Of a DNA stretch of 45,697 nucleotides, positions 8,950-18,700 are shown in pieces. The notes under the pieces are model-generated. The model was not told the origin of the DNA. It ran no database searches and was given only the letters and a program-made list of their open reading frames with translations. Location: assembly GCA_947427325.1 (NCBI GenBank), contig CANEHP010000001.1, positions 1 through 45,697 on the forward strand. The letters run 5' to 3'. Position 1 is the first letter of the stretch. The number at the start of each line of letters is the position of its first letter. The DNA comes from an uncultured Clostridia bacterium. Its GTDB lineage: Bacteria > Bacillota > Clostridia > Oscillospirales > Ruminococcaceae. The position numbers and the translations under genes are program-made.

Positions 8950-9966
8950 ATGTCATCAAAAAAAATAAAACCCGAATATATATCGAGATTGTTCGGCGAG
9001 CTTTATGATACCTTAAGCTCCGGAATGCCCATAAATGACAGCATTTATATGCTTATCAGCGAAGGGGATGACGATCCGGTGTTAGAGGTTCTTTTAAAGG
9101 AAACCTCAAAGGGAGGAAGCTTTTCCAAGGCATTAAAGCACACAAATGCCTTCCCTTCTTATGTTGAGGAAATGACAGCTATCGGAGAACACACGGGACG
9201 TCTTGATTCAACGCTCAGAGAATTGTCTTTGTACTACGCAAGGCAGGATGAGATAACACGCAATATCAAAAATGCCGTTACCTTCCCTTTGATATTGTTG
9301 GCAATATTGATTGCTGTAGTTGTTATACTGCTTACACAGGTAATGCCTATTTTTAATGATGTTTTCAAGCAAATAGGTATTACCATGTCAGCCTCCGCCA
9401 TCGCTCTTATGAATTTAGGTGCGGCTATACGTATTTATGCTTCCGTAATAATAGCGGTAATGGTTGTGATAGTGGCTTTGGCAGTTTTATTATACAAGCT
9501 CCCCTCTACTCACGATAAAATTCTTGGTGTTGTACAAGGAAAAAAGTTAAAAAAGCAAATGTCCGCTGCTAAATTTGCTTCCGCAATGTCTATGACCATG
9601 TCCAGCGGTATGGATATCGACGAATCACTGGAGATGTCAAAAAAGCTTTGCGACAGTGAATCAGTCGGTAAAATAAACTCCTGTCAAAAGCTTATGAGAA
9701 ACGGAGTTAGCTTTGATAAAGCCCTTCGGCAGTCGGCAATATTAGATTCCATAAATTCTTGCAGGCTTTCAATAAGCTTCCATACCGGCAGAACCGATGA
9801 AACGATGAAAATGATTGCTGATGACTATGCAGAAAAGGTAAATATGGCGGTTGACGAAAAAATCAGCAGAGTTGAGCCTGCGCTGGTAATTATTATGTCG
9901 CTTTTGGTAGGTTTTGTTCTGTTCTCTGTAATGATTCCGCTTTTGTCGGTTATCACTTCAATTTAA
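8950..9966 (+). CDS. PilC/GspF-family (T2SSF) membrane platform protein
   Basis: Two T2SSF repeats (FPSYVEEMTAIGEHTGRLD...Y; TGRTDETM...VEPALVIIM) with TM helices. Confidence 0.9.
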   Translation: MSSKKIKPEYISRLFGELYDTLSSGMPINDSIYMLISEGDDDPVLEVLLKETSKGGSFSKALKHTNAFPSYVEEMTAIGEHTGRLDSTLRELSLYYARQDEITRNIKNAVTFPLILLAILIAVVVILLTQVMPIFNDVFKQIGITMSASAIALMNLGAAIRIYASVIIAVMVVIVALAVLLYKLPSTHDKILGVVQGKKLKKQMSAAKFASAMSMTMSSGMDIDESLEMSKKLCDSESVGKINSCQKLMRNGVSFDKALRQSAILDSINSCRLSISFHTGRTDETMKMIADDYAEKVNMAVDEKISRVEPALVIIMSLLVGFVLFSVMIPLLSVITSI

Positions 9967-10013
9967 ATAAATATAATAAAATTATTATAAAATTTTGAAA
10001 GGATGTATATGCT

Positions 10014-10337
10014 TTGAAAAATAAAAAATCACTTATTCCATTTATCAGATTTGTTCCGGAAATACTTGTTTTTGTTTTGATATTTACAGCAGCGGTAGCT
10101 GCATTTAACGATATTAAACAAAACGCCGAATCTGAGGGATTGGCTATAACCGAAAACAGTATAAAGCGTGCTGTAATCACCTGTTATGCTCAAGAAGGAA
10201 GCTATCCCCAAAGTATTGATTATTTAAAGGAAAATTACCGACTGCATATAAGCGACGAATACATTGTGACTTATTCCATATTTGCGTCTAATATTATGCC
10301 CGATATTCGAATTATGAGGAAGCAGGTGAATAATTGA
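10014..10337 (+). CDS. small pilin-like membrane-anchored protein
   Basis: Basic leader, N-terminal hydrophobic helix, CYAQEGSYP resembling the pseudopilin Y...G.YP segment; operon context. Confidence 0.65.
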   Translation: MKNKKSLIPFIRFVPEILVFVLIFTAAVAAFNDIKQNAESEGLAITENSIKRAVITCYAQEGSYPQSIDYLKENYRLHISDEYIVTYSIFASNIMPDIRIMRKQVNN

Positions 10338-10801
10338 AAAATTACCGTTATCATTCTATTGATACTTTATTTGTAATTATTCTTTTTGCAGTTTTCATCT
10401 TAATGGCTTTGTTAATAATCGGAGCAGGCGCAGCCGCTTATAAAAATTCTGCGGTGCAAATGGGCGACCGCTTTAACAGACAGACCTGCATCAGCTATAT
10501 AACTGCAAAAATTCGTTCCAATAATGACATGGGAAGAATTTCCATAGTAGATTATAACGAAGTTGAAGCTCTTTGCATAAGCGAAAATTTTACCGAGGGA
10601 AACTATAACACCTATATTTATCTATATGACGGTATGATAAGAGAACTGTTCTGCAATGCAGAGCTTATTCTTGATTTAGATGCAGGATCTGCGCTTACAA
10701 AGGCTTCCGAACTGAATTTTTCGTACAGCGATGGGCTTTATGAGATAACCCTGACTGATGCTGACGAAAATACCACGATATTTTATGTAAACTCTTTATA
10801 A
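10334..10801 (+). CDS. pilin-like protein (DUF4860-like)
   Basis: HSIDTLFVIILFAVF N-terminal TM, YITAKIR, TYIYLYDGMIRELF; family name from recall. Confidence 0.65.
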   Translation: MKNYRYHSIDTLFVIILFAVFILMALLIIGAGAAAYKNSAVQMGDRFNRQTCISYITAKIRSNNDMGRISIVDYNEVEALCISENFTEGNYNTYIYLYDGMIRELFCNAELILDLDAGSALTKASELNFSYSDGLYEITLTDADENTTIFYVNSL

Positions 10802-10838
10802 GTTAAAAAGAATAATATTTTACAGGAAAGGCACATAA

Positions 10839-11222
10839 ATGGCACAGGTACAAATCAGAAAATCCAATCTGCTTTTAATGGAAATTATGATAGCTCTTAC
10901 GATATTTGCCGTATGCGCAAGCGTTTGCGCTGCCATAACTGCAATGGCTTCGGCAAATATCACCGAAAGCAAGGATATGAGCAATGCTCTGATTTTGGCA
11001 CAAAACCATGCGGAGCTTATTAAAAGCGGAAAGGAAATTGAAAGTAAAATCTTTTTGTATAATTCCGAACTAATTTCTGCTCCGACGAATGAATCGGCTG
11101 CGTATTGTGTTATTTCCAAGGTTTTCCCTTCCGAAAACGGATTAAAAAAATATACTGTAGAGGTTTACCGAGAAGCGGACAGCAAGCTTATTTACAGCAT
11201 AGATTCAGCATTTTACAGCTAA
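10839..11222 (+). CDS. minor pilin-like protein
   Basis: RKSN-LLLME-IMIALTIFAVCA resembles a class III signal with Glu+5, but Asn replaces Gly-1; RBS AGGAAAGG. Confidence 0.7.
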   Translation: MAQVQIRKSNLLLMEIMIALTIFAVCASVCAAITAMASANITESKDMSNALILAQNHAELIKSGKEIESKIFLYNSELISAPTNESAAYCVISKVFPSENGLKKYTVEVYREADSKLIYSIDSAFYS

Positions 11223-11243
11223 TTATTGAGAGGAGGAAGTGCG

Positions 11244-11705
11244 GTGGCAGAAAAACGTCATAAAAAAACTGCCGGTATAGGCGGAGCTTTAATACTTATC
11301 ATTTTTAATGTGCTGACAATTACAGTTTTTTCCGTTTTGACCTTGGTTTCCTCTCAGAATGAACTGAGCATGGTAAATAGATCCGTTGAAGCTGCAACAA
11401 CTTACTACAATGCGGAAAAGGAAGCGGCGGTTAAATTCAGCAAAATTAAAACGGCATTAAGTAATGTAACGGATAATGAAGAAATCGTGAAAATTACCTC
11501 CGAAATCGGAGCGAACGCAAACATAATGATTGATGGAGTTGAGATAAGCTTCAAGATCAGTATTGACGAAAACCGTTCTTTACTTACTGTTGTAAATATA
11601 AACGATAATAATTTTGAAATTTCATCACAAAAAATAGTTTCGGAAAACGAATTTATTATTGATGATTTTATTGATGTTTGGGATGGATTATCCCCTTTGC
11701 AATAA
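11244..11705 (+). CDS. PilX-like minor pilin
   Basis: GTG start after AGGAGG; basic leader, G-GALILIIFNVLTITVFSVL with no Glu+5, then ATTYYNAE resembling the PilX A.Y.AE motif. Confidence 0.6.
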   Translation: MAEKRHKKTAGIGGALILIIFNVLTITVFSVLTLVSSQNELSMVNRSVEAATTYYNAEKEAAVKFSKIKTALSNVTDNEEIVKITSEIGANANIMIDGVEISFKISIDENRSLLTVVNINDNNFEISSQKIVSENEFIIDDFIDVWDGLSPLQ

Positions 11706-11733
11706 CAATTCTAATAGAAAAGAGGAAGAAAAA

Positions 11734-12804
11734 ATGGATTTTACAGCAATACTTAAAGATGCAGTTGAGAAAAAAGCCAGCGATATTTTCTTGGTAACCG
11801 GTATTCCTGTAACCTATAAGGTGAACGGTACAATTCAGAAGCAGGATTCCGAAAAGCTGTTGCCGGGTCAGGCAGAAGTCCTCCTCGCCGAGGCATACAA
11901 TAAAGCCCAAAGAGATATTAACAGGCTTCTCTTAACCGGCGACGATGACTTCTCCTATTCGCTTAAAGGGTTTTCCCGTTTCCGTATCAGCGCATACAAA
12001 CAGCGGGGATCATTGGCGGCTGTTATTCGTTTGGTGGCATTTGATATTCCCGAACCAAAGAAAATGTCTATTCCCGATGAGGTTATGAACGTTGTAAGCA
12101 AGACAAAGGGACTTGTTCTTGTTACAGGACCTGCGGGAGGAGGAAAATCCACCACTCTTGCGTGTGTAATTGACGAAATAAACAAAACAAGAAATAGTCA
12201 TATTATAACCCTTGAGGAGCCAATAGAATTTCTTCATAAGAATAACCAAAGCATCATAAGCCAACGCGAGATACATGCGGATACCGAGGATTATGTTACA
12301 GCACTAAGAGCAAGCTTAAGACAGTCTCCGGATGTAATTTTGGTTGGTGAAATGCGTGACTTTGAAACCATAAGAACAGCTATGACCGCCGCCGAAACAG
12401 GACATCTTATTATTTCCACACTTCACTCTGTGGGAGCTGCCAATTCCATAGACCGCATAATTGACGCATTCCCTCTTAATCAGCAGCAGCAAATCAGAGT
12501 ACAGCTGTCACAGCTTTTGCAAACGGTTATTTCTCAGCAGCTTGTCCCAACCGTAGACGGTCCGCTTGTTCCCGCTTTTGAAATAATGCACTGTAACAGT
12601 GCGATAAGAAATATGATTCGTGAAAGTAAAATACACCAAATCGACAATGCCATCACCGGCTTTGACGAGGAAGGTATGATAAGCATGGACAATTATCTTA
12701 TTAGCCTGTATAAAAACGGTTCAATAACTGCCGAAACCGCCGTTAAATATTCTATCAATCCCGAAAGCGTAAGAAGAAAAGTTTGCTATTGTTCCCCCAA
12801 TTAA
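11734..12804 (+). CDS. pilT: PilT/PilU-family type IV pilus ATPase
   Basis: ASDIFL, GPAGGGKSTT, TLEEPIEF, ILVGEMRD, TGHLIISTLH, AIRNMIRE signature; start reassigned to ATG 11734. Confidence 0.92.
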   Translation: MDFTAILKDAVEKKASDIFLVTGIPVTYKVNGTIQKQDSEKLLPGQAEVLLAEAYNKAQRDINRLLLTGDDDFSYSLKGFSRFRISAYKQRGSLAAVIRLVAFDIPEPKKMSIPDEVMNVVSKTKGLVLVTGPAGGGKSTTLACVIDEINKTRNSHIITLEEPIEFLHKNNQSIISQREIHADTEDYVTALRASLRQSPDVILVGEMRDFETIRTAMTAAETGHLIISTLHSVGAANSIDRIIDAFPLNQQQQIRVQLSQLLQTVISQQLVPTVDGPLVPAFEIMHCNSAIRNMIRESKIHQIDNAITGFDEEGMISMDNYLISLYKNGSITAETAVKYSINPESVRRKVCYCSPN

Positions 12805-12937
12805 CTCTTGAAGATTTTATGCGCCGAACGGCTGTGGAAAGACGAGGAAGAAAGGCCGCAGGAATATGCGCATATTTCAAGGGTTTCCGACGAAGTATTT
12901 CGGCAGTCGGGCAAGCATAAAAATTCAAGAGTTAATT
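12799..12937. repeat. 139-bp palindromic MITE/REP-like element
   Basis: Perfect 14-bp terminal inverted repeats AATTAACTCTTGAA / TTCAAGAGTTAATT extending imperfectly inward, with central GGAATATGCGCATATTTC palindrome. Confidence 0.75.
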
Positions 12938-13043
12938 TTGGTGGCAATATTAAGGCTCTGAAAATGTGCTGCATAATCACGCTGCCTTATGAGGTTAACA
13001 AATGAAAATAAGTAATTGCGACTTCAAGTCCCTAAAAATACGA

Positions 13044-13072
13044 TTGACAGAAACAAATAAAGGTGATAAAAT
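13044..13072 (+). promoter_or_regulatory. near-consensus sigma-A promoter for rpn
   Basis: TTGACA, 17 bp, TAAAAT with an extended -10 TG. Confidence 0.7.
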
Positions 13073-13105
13073 AGAATTATAATAATAGGAAAGGCGGTAA
13101 ACCGT

Positions 13106-13945
13106 ATGAGTAGGGAAATAGTAAAGGCAAAGTTAGACGTAGTATTTAAAAAGCTGTTCACCAGCGATGATGAAGTGTTAAAAGCCTTTATCGGCGATAT
13201 ACTTGATATTCCTACAGGGAATATCAAAAAAATCGAAGTTCTGAACCCTAATATTTTACCTGCCGCCATTGACGGAAAACAGTCGCAGCTCGATTTAAAA
13301 ATGAATGTTGACGATAAAATAGTCAATGTGGAGATTCAGCTGCAGAATAAGGGAGATTATCAGGACAGAGCGGTTTACTATTGGTCTAAGCTGTATTCGG
13401 AGCAGCTTAAAAAAGGCGAGCTGTATGTGGAACTTAAAAAAACAATAACCATTAACATTTTGGACTTTAATTTATTTACTGAAACAGACAGCCCTTATTC
13501 GAGCTTTTCATTACTGGAAAATAACAGGCATGAGCTTCTTACCGATAAATGCTCAATAAATTTTTTTGAATTGGAAAAGGTAGAAGCAAGGGTTGACAAA
13601 AGCAACAGGAAGCAGCTTTGGTTACAGCTGCTGAACGCTGAAACAGAGGAGGAACTGACTATGCTGAAGGAAACAGGAGTCCCCGAGATAGAAAAGGCAG
13701 TTGTGATTCTTCATCAGATGAGTGCGGATGAAGAAATGCAGGAAATAGCAAGACTGCGTGAAAAAGCGATTTTGGATGAAGCGTCTGCTAAGGATTATTA
13801 TAGGAGAACTGCGTTAGCGGAGGGAAGAGAAAAAGGAAGAGCGGAAGGAAGAGCGGAAGGAAGAGCAGAAGAACGTGCAAGAGCAACAGCCAAGCTGCGT
13901 GCTATGGGAATGACTGAGGAACAAATTCAGGAATTTTTAAAATAA
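13106..13945 (+). CDS. Rpn-family (PD-(D/E)XK, 'putative transposase') nuclease
   Basis: DVVFKKLF, LDLK...VNVEIQL, RAVYYWSKLY, TITINIL, FFELEK, W.QLL and C-terminal EGRA repeats. Confidence 0.92.
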   Translation: MSREIVKAKLDVVFKKLFTSDDEVLKAFIGDILDIPTGNIKKIEVLNPNILPAAIDGKQSQLDLKMNVDDKIVNVEIQLQNKGDYQDRAVYYWSKLYSEQLKKGELYVELKKTITINILDFNLFTETDSPYSSFSLLENNRHELLTDKCSINFFELEKVEARVDKSNRKQLWLQLLNAETEEELTMLKETGVPEIEKAVVILHQMSADEEMQEIARLREKAILDEASAKDYYRRTALAEGREKGRAEGRAEGRAEERARATAKLRAMGMTEEQIQEFLK

Positions 13946-14288
13946 ATCAGTGACATGAAGTGCATCCGCCAAACGCTGAAACAGAGGAGGAACTGACTAT
14001 GCTGAAGGAAACAGGAGTCCCCGAGATAGAAAAGGCAGTTGTGATTCTTCATCAGATGAGTGCGGATGAAGAAATGCAGGAAATAGCAAGACTGCGTGAA
14101 AAAGCGATTTTGGATGAAGCGTCTGCTAAGGATTATTATAGGAGAACTGCGTTAGCGGAGGGAAGAGAAAAAGGAAGAGCGGAAGGAAGAGCGGAAGGAA
14201 GAGCAGAAGAACGTGCAAGAGCAACAGCCAAGCTGCGTGCTATGGGAATGACTGAGGAACAAATTCAGGAATTTTTAAAATAAATCAG
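13634..14288 (+). repeat. 317-bp direct repeat of the rpn 3' end (13634-13950 / 13972-14288), 21-bp spacer
   Basis: Both copies run AACGCTGAAACAGAGGAGG to TAAATCAG; identical translations; offset 338. Confidence 0.93.
13999..14283 (+). CDS. stand-alone Rpn C-terminal domain (RpnS-like), 94 aa
   Basis: GAGGAGG 8 nt before ATG 13999; MLKETGVPE...QEFLK identical to the Rpn C-terminus. Confidence 0.7.
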   Translation: MLKETGVPEIEKAVVILHQMSADEEMQEIARLREKAILDEASAKDYYRRTALAEGREKGRAEGRAEGRAEERARATAKLRAMGMTEEQIQEFLK

Positions 14289-14360
14289 CGCCTGAGGTAC
14301 AGCTGCTGAACAGCGTAACAGAGAAAAAGTGTATTCGGAAACTAAACATTTGAAAAGACT

Positions 14361-14390
14361 AAAGCCGCCGATCCCTTCGGCGGCTTTTTT
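14361..14390 (+). terminator. intrinsic terminator after the rpn module
   Basis: AAAGCCGCCGA-TCCCT-TCGGCGGCTTTTTT. Confidence 0.88.
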
Positions 14391-14614
14391 GCGATCTCAA
14401 GTCCCAACCCCCCGCAAGGTTACAAAACCCCCTCAAAATATACCGGAATTTTTTCATAAATCAGTAACCCGAAATATATAAGAAAAATCAATATACAACG
14501 CCCCTAAAAAATGCTATACTTAATATGGGATAGGATTACAAAAAATCCAAGCCCCCCAAAAATAGGACTTGAAGTCCCAAAACAGAAAAGACACCGAGGG
14601 GAAAGGACAGCACT

Positions 14615-15580
14615 ATGAAAAAGAATAATAAAAATACAATAATCACCGTAATAACCGCTTCCCTGCTGCTTTTAGCAACAGGCTGTTCACAGGCGGCTGA
14701 AACGGTGGATATCATAGTATCGGATACAACAAGTGACAGCTCCGTCACCACAATAAATACAGAAGCGGAAACATCAGCGGCAACTGCTGCTCGGGCAACA
14801 GCAGCGCAAACCATAACCGCCGCTCAGACAACAACAGCCGTCACCGCCGTACCCGTTACCGAAGCACAGTCTGTAACGGTACAGACCGAAGCTGCCCCTG
14901 CTCCCGTTACAAACCCAACAACGGCAGCTCCCGTTGCAGTAACCCCAAAAACCACAACCACCACTACAACGCCCAAGCCCGAAGAACCCGTGCAGGAGGA
15001 CAGGAGCTATCTTAATCTTACTCCCTCGGAGGTGCAGGGGATTCTTGATGAGTGTCAGAAGTATGCGGAGTCGTTAGGATATAGAAAAGTGACCTATAAT
15101 GAATATCTTACCGAAATGGATGAACTTACCCAAAAAGCCATAGATTTATATAAGAATACAGGTATTAGTCAAGATGAAGCATATGAAAAAGTTGGCTGGT
15201 ATGAATGGGAAAAGTCAATGTGTATAACTGATGTTCCTGCTGATGAGTTTTGGAGCGGTGGTTGGCACATTATTATGTATGCGGGAGACTTCACAAAAAA
15301 GTATGAAAATGTCTTTTTGTATAACGGTTATGATTCGTGTTCAACCAAAGAGGAAAGCATAAGACTTATTATAGACTATCTGAAAAGAGATATTGATGAG
15401 GAACATGGTAATGGACGGAGCGTTTGCGTAGCAGGAACAAAACTTAAGACCTTTGACGCAATTATAAAAGACTGCGACTGGGGTATAATGAACGGCGAGG
15501 ACGTACGCGAGCAGTATGCGACGGGCAATTTTATCTATGACATAAACACTTCTTATGCTTTCGCAGTATCTCGTTGGTAA
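14615..15580 (+). CDS. lipoprotein with Thr/Ala/Pro-rich stalk and unknown C-terminal domain
   Basis: Lipobox LATG-C, ~100-aa T/A/P linker, globular C-terminal half; RBS GAAAGGA. Confidence 0.8.
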   Translation: MKKNNKNTIITVITASLLLLATGCSQAAETVDIIVSDTTSDSSVTTINTEAETSAATAARATAAQTITAAQTTTAVTAVPVTEAQSVTVQTEAAPAPVTNPTTAAPVAVTPKTTTTTTTPKPEEPVQEDRSYLNLTPSEVQGILDECQKYAESLGYRKVTYNEYLTEMDELTQKAIDLYKNTGISQDEAYEKVGWYEWEKSMCITDVPADEFWSGGWHIIMYAGDFTKKYENVFLYNGYDSCSTKEESIRLIIDYLKRDIDEEHGNGRSVCVAGTKLKTFDAIIKDCDWGIMNGEDVREQYATGNFIYDINTSYAFAVSRW

Positions 15581-15604
15581 CACCTGGTTAAAAATTTAAT
15601 ACAG

Positions 15605-15678
15605 AAAAAACACCTGACCTAAAAATCAGGTGTTTTTTCTTTTGCAAATTCAAGAAGCCCTGCCCAATGGGCTTCTTT
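15605..15678 (+). terminator. intrinsic terminator plus a second hairpin before the adhesin gene
   Basis: AAAAAACACCTGA/TCAGGTGTTTTTT (15605-15638) and AAGAAGCCC/GGGCTTCTT (15652-15678). Confidence 0.75.
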
Positions 15679-15724
15679 TAATATATATAACATAAAAAAT
15701 ATTTCAGAAAGGAAACGTGATCGA

Positions 15725-18700
15725 ATGAAGAAAATCTTTAAGAAAATGATATCAACACTTCTGTCGGCGGCCACTGTTTTTACAGCGGCGATTGTACCGT
15801 TAGCACAGGAAGCTTTCGCCGCTTCCTCATGGGCGGTAGGAGAAAAGAAAACGGTTGTTCGAACAGGAGATTTTTCCGATTCAAGCTATCATTTTAACGG
15901 AAGACTTGGAAGAAGCTTTTGGGCGACAAGCTCCCCCATTTTGGAAGCGGACGGACAAGTAGCTTACTGTATCAGCAGCAATAAACCTGCGGGAGGCTTC
16001 TATGAAAATATCTCGTATACCATAGACAGTAAGTCCCCGGATAACTCTACAACGGCAATAGCACTATCTTACGGCTATACAGGCAAAACCAAATACGGCT
16101 ATTCCGATGATTATGAGCGTAATGCAACGCAAATTCTGGTATGGATAATTAAAGACGGTTGGTTCGGAACAAGCGATGAAGAAACCGCTCTGGAAATCTT
16201 TACCGAAGAAATGAGCAGTGAAAAGCGTACCGCTATCAGAGATATTTATCACAAGATAACGGAAAATATGAAGGAGTTTGGAAAAAGACCATCATTCAAT
16301 AATCAAACTCGAGAGATGGAATATAGCTCTTCTACAAAAAAGTGGACATATACTTTCACAGACACAAACAAAGTAGCAAATAAATTTGATTGGGCAAATG
16401 CAGTAAAAAGTTATTCCTATTTATCAGTAAGTAACATAACAGCAAACTCTGTAACCTTTACTTCCACAAAACCCTTTGATACCATAACCTTAAGAGCAAA
16501 GTATAGTAACAGCGTATACACGGGAAGAAAAGCCTTTACGCTTGTTCCCCCCACAGGTTATGATATTCAGGACGTAACCACCTATGATGTATTGACAGAC
16601 CCACCCGAAACCACAATAAAACTCTACGCCGAAGAACAGGAAGGCAGCCTAAAGCTGATAAAAACCTCCGAGGACGGCAAAACAGAGGGAATAGGCTTCA
16701 AAGTGCGGACCTCAGGCGGAACGCTCATAGGCACATACTACACCGACGCCAACGGAACATTTACAGTAAACAACCTGATTGCGGGAGACTACATTGTAGA
16801 GGAAATAGTTCCCGACGGCTATACGAAACAGAATTCCAAAAGAGTAACCGTAGAGCCAAACAAAACCGCAGAGGTAAGCTTCAGCAATACCCTGCAAAAG
16901 GGTACTCTGAAAATAATCAAAACCTCCGAGGACGGCAATGTATCGGGAATAAGCTTTAAGGTTTACGCCAAAAGCGGAGTTATAGGCATAGCCTACAATA
17001 CGCTAATCGGCACATATGTCACCGACAGTAAGGGAGAGATAAAGATCCCCGGACTTAAGGTTGGCACATATATGGTAACCGAAATCGTCCCCGAGGGCTA
17101 CGAGCCGCAGGCTTCACAAACCATTACGGTAAGAGAAAATGAAACAACAGAGGTTTCGTTTAAAAACATTCCCGTGCAAGGCGAGCTTAAAATAATAAAA
17201 AAATCGCCTATAGACAATGGCAAGGTGAGCGGCATTCAGTTTATCGTTGCAGCGGAAAGCGGAGTGGCAAACGTTGCCGACGGTACGGTATTGGGAACAT
17301 ATACCACCGACAGCAAGGGGGAAATACTTATTCCCGGGCTTAAGGTCGGCACATATAAAATAACCGAAATCGTACCCGAGGGATATATGCCGCAAAATCC
17401 GAAAACCGTTACGGTTAAAGAAAATGAAACCACGGAAGTCTCTTTCAAAAATGTTCCCGGAAACATAGGAACAATGAAAATTGTAAAAACCTCCGAGGAC
17501 AACAAGGTAAACAACATACCCTTTGTAATCAGAACAAAGGACGGAAAATTAGTAGGCGAGTACAAAACCAAATATGAGATATCGGAAAGCGGAGTTGTGG
17601 GTGTTATCGACGTGCAGTTAATGCCCGGGGAATACATTGTTGAGGAAAAAAGATCCCCCTTATACGAACCCCAAGAGCCGCAGACGGTAAAAGTGGAAAC
17701 GGGAAAAACAACGGTGGTTAATTTCCGCAACGTTCTTAAGAAATCCGGAAGTATACAGCTTACAAAGGTTGACGGAAACAACCCCGATATGCTTCTCAGC
17801 GGCGCAGTGTTCAGCGTTTCCTTCAGCGAAAAAATAAGCAATGGCAGATACAGTCCCTTCAAAGTTCCTGTCGGCAATATGGAGGAAATATCCGATGGCG
17901 TATACCATATGGGCGATTTAAAGGAAGGAATGTATTATATCACTGAAACAAAAGCCCCCGACGGTTATGAATTGGATACAAACACCTACGAGGTAAAAGT
18001 AACAGATACCAAAAAGTCATATATAGTCACCAACAATGACAACGGACTGTTCACAAACCATAAGCTGCCGCAGATAACAACACTGGCGGCTTCCCAAAGC
18101 GGCGGCAACGCCTTTGCGGCAGGAAGGATCACTATCGAGGATACCGTTTCATACAAGAACCTGATAGTCGGCAAAACCTACACATTAAAGGGCTGTCTTA
18201 TGCAGCCCAGCTTTGAATGGGATAAGAGAGAAACGGGAGTTCCCTTTACAGTGGGCGGCAATCAAATAACAGCGGAAAAAACCTTTACCGCCACAGCTTC
18301 CGAAGGCAGCGTTACCCTTTCCTTTACCTTCGACACAAAGGAAATAACGCAGAATACAAAGGTAGTTGTCTTCGAGGAGCTGTATGTGGAGGGCAAGGAC
18401 GAAGCAATAGCTTCCCACAAGGATATTAACGACAGAAATCAAACCGTTGAGATCCATAAACCAAAAATCACTACCTCGGCAACCTCGTACAACAGAAAAG
18501 ACGTAATGGCTGTGGGTACAATCACTGTAGACGACTCTGTGGAGTACAGCGACCTGATAGTCGGCGAAAGCTACACGGTAAAGGGTGCGCTGATGGATAA
18601 GTCCACAGGCAAAGCCTTTACGGTAAACGGAAAGGCGGTGGAAGCGCAGACAACCTTTACCGCCACGGCAACAGCTGGAACGGTTGCGGTTAGATTTACC

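Noticed and set aside
12808-13005. 65-aa ORF after pilT
   Set aside because: Mostly spans the palindromic element; no RBS
13960-13998. GTG start for the 107-aa version of the Rpn cassette ORF
   Set aside because: No RBS; the strong GAGGAGG points to ATG 13999
13634-14288. Diversity-generating retroelement VR/TR pair
   Set aside because: Copies appear identical with no adenine-specific differences, and no reverse transcriptase is in the window
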